A stretch of 62,830 bases of DNA, counting the filler, from Stramenopiles sp. TOSAG23-2 (Eukaryota), in assembly GCA_900128395.1 (NCBI GenBank). It is 34 parts of 34 records of this genome, joined end to end, with 100 filler letters (N's around TTAATTAATTAA, not from the genome) between each part and the next. Parts side by side here need not be neighbours in the genome. Positions count along the whole stretch, not along the records: positions 61,087 to 62,830 come from LT652416.1; 33 more parts are not named here. One strand, 5' to 3'. Below are positions 60,987 to 62,830 of this stretch, piece by piece. A program made the translations under genes and the position numbers. The notes under the pieces were generated by a model. The model did no database searches, was not told where the DNA came from, and was given only the letters and a program-made list of their open reading frames with translations. Position 1 is the stretch's first letter, and the number at the start of each line of letters is the position of its first letter.

Positions 60987-61425
60987 NNNNNNNNNNNNNN
61001 NNNNNNNNNNNNNNNNNNNNNNNNNNNNNNTTAATTAATTAANNNNNNNNNNNNNNNNNNNNNNNNNNNNNNNNNNNNNNNNNNNNTTAAAGATCATATT
61101 GTTTCTAATCATATCCAAGTTTCACCAAAATATAAGAAGAAGAATATGAAAAAGAAGATTGATGTATTCCATAAATTAGGTGTTATTGGTCATAGTGGAG
61201 GAGGAGAGAATACCGATCAAGATATCAAGACCACTTGATGTTGATTGAAAACTTAAAATCCGACGATTTTTTACAATTTGGATTTTTGTTTCTTTCTAAA
61301 GCTTGAAATTAATAAACCAATTAGCATAATAATACTACTAGAGACGAAATATATATGATATGTAACCAAAATTAAAACGTTGAGATTTGCTACGAAACGT
61401 ACGCAAGATTTTTCCTGACGATTTT

Positions 61426-62460
61426 TTACAATTTGGATTTTTGTTTCTTTCTCTCACTTTTTATCATAGTCATCGCCAGAACAAATTTAGGATCTTTTTT
61501 CTCTTCATCTGTTAATGGATCTCCATTTCCTAACATTGCAAGATAATTCATTGATGTTGCACTGCCAAATTTTTGGACTGCATAATTAGCATGTTCGACA
61601 TATGATAAATCTCTTGGCATTTCCCCTTGTTTTTCTGCTCTAATTTCTTCTATAATTTCTCTCCATTCTTCTATAGCAAGCTCTTCCATATTTGCTAATT
61701 CATTAAGTTCTTCATCTGTTCCAATCCATTGCGCCCAATCCCGCGGTTGGCCTTTTGCCTGCCCATAAAGTTTATCTCCAAGAAGCTTTAATGTCCATTT
61801 TGGATATGGACGATGTACTAACTCAACAGTATCGCCTACACAAACTTTCCCTCCCTCCGTCATTGGTTTCATAAACCAGCCAGCAATTGTATTTTGCAAC
61901 ATAAAATGTCTAACTCCTTTTTCCCTTTTACCTAAAGCATCATATTTAATATCCCATTTTCCGCAAGGTCTTCTCGGTGATGTTACTTGAAATAATACTT
62001 CAATCCCATTACTTCTATCAGATGAATTTGATTTGACTCGAAACACATCACCAATGCATACATTATTTTTATTTAAACCATGAAGGCACATATTTTCACC
62101 ACTTCCATGTTTATTATAACTCATACCAAACTTTTCAGCTTTAACTGGAAATTTGTTTTGCATTTCTATATAATGGATATCAGACTGGACTAAGATGGCC
62201 CTTTCTCTTGAACCTGAAGTTTGTGCATACTAATAATTTGAAATGAGTTAAAAAATGGTTAGTTAGATTTGGACCAGGCAGATCTATGGTGTCCAGGGAA
62301 TACTTACAGTCCAATCCTCTAAAAACCCATTAAGATCAACAAACAATTCAGACTTGGATTTTCTTACAAATGGTACATCATATTTTGGATATTCCCCATT
62401 GATTTTTGGTCGTACAGACAGATTGATTATCTGTCCAGCTATTTTTGGTGTTGTTGCCAT
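61426..62460 (-). CDS. MOSC-domain (YiiM-like) protein with PTS1 SKL; exons 62460-62308 and 62229-61426
   Basis: GENM, VCIGDVF, QVTSPRRPCGKW, GWF, G.V..GD. A 78-nt GTAAGT..CTAAC..TAG intron (62307-62230) keeps the frame. An alternative ATG lies at 62493. Confidence 0.87.
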
Positions 62461-62830
62461 GATTGCGGTATTGATGGTTCCTTTCTCTAGCATATTTAAT
62501 AATAATTGATGATGATGAGTTCTCTCAATATGGTATATTATTTTAAGATCTTTTAACCTTTCCAAACCCTTCAATATATGTGAATATATATATATGTATA
62601 TACAAATAATTATTCGCTCGGAGCGATGGATACGTATGTATGTGTATCTTTTTTCCAGTTATCTTGATACTCCATACTATATACTGTATAGTAATGATAT
62701 ATATAGATATATTGTTTTTTTTCTACTTCTTTGGATATAAAATAAGTCCAAAAACCGGATATATAGTTCTCAAAAATATGCGATTTATGGAAAAACAATA
62801 AATTAATAAAGCAATTAGCATAAAAACAGC

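Noticed and set aside
1-62830. Gene cluster or multi-gene system spanning the window (for example several reductases or ribosome-biogenesis genes)
   Set aside because: Contigs are ordered by length, so co-occurrence across linkers is arbitrary.

Overview
This is not one genomic locus. It is 34 unrelated, size-sorted contigs (1760 down to 1744 bp) joined by an artificial 100-nt linker (44 N + TTAATTAATTAA + 44 N, stops in all six frames), so adjacency across linkers has no biological meaning. The DNA is from an AT-rich, intron-poor eukaryote using the standard code, with GT-AG introns, poly-Asn/Gln tracts and a flagellum (IFT80). A single-cell or MAG assembly of a marine protist, possibly a stramenopile, is my inference only. 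Recognisable, mostly partial genes: AKR7-like reductase, an Hsp70-like protein, AlkB-like dioxygenase, TXNDC12-like thioredoxin, cyclophilin, UTP14, ESF1, FYVE, amino-acid transporter, RCC1-repeat protein, dual-specificity phosphatase, ankyrin-WW, DnaJ, IFT80, lifeguard/TMBIM, SDRs and MOSC. There are also copia and Harbinger relics, a satellite and several dispersed repeats. Most interesting: (1) an in-frame TRMT10 tRNA methyltransferase-SDR fusion that parallels the TRMT10C-SDR5C1 module of animal mitochondrial RNase P; (2) a 1049-bp element with 195-bp AGTAGT-terminated inverted repeats that looks like a miniature Polinton/Polinton-like-virus derivative; (3) a membrane-anchored, NBD-only, catalytically diverged mtHsp70/DnaK derivative; (4) a 38-bp coding segment shared in frame by two convergent neighbouring genes. 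All family calls come from motif recognition by eye, not database searches.
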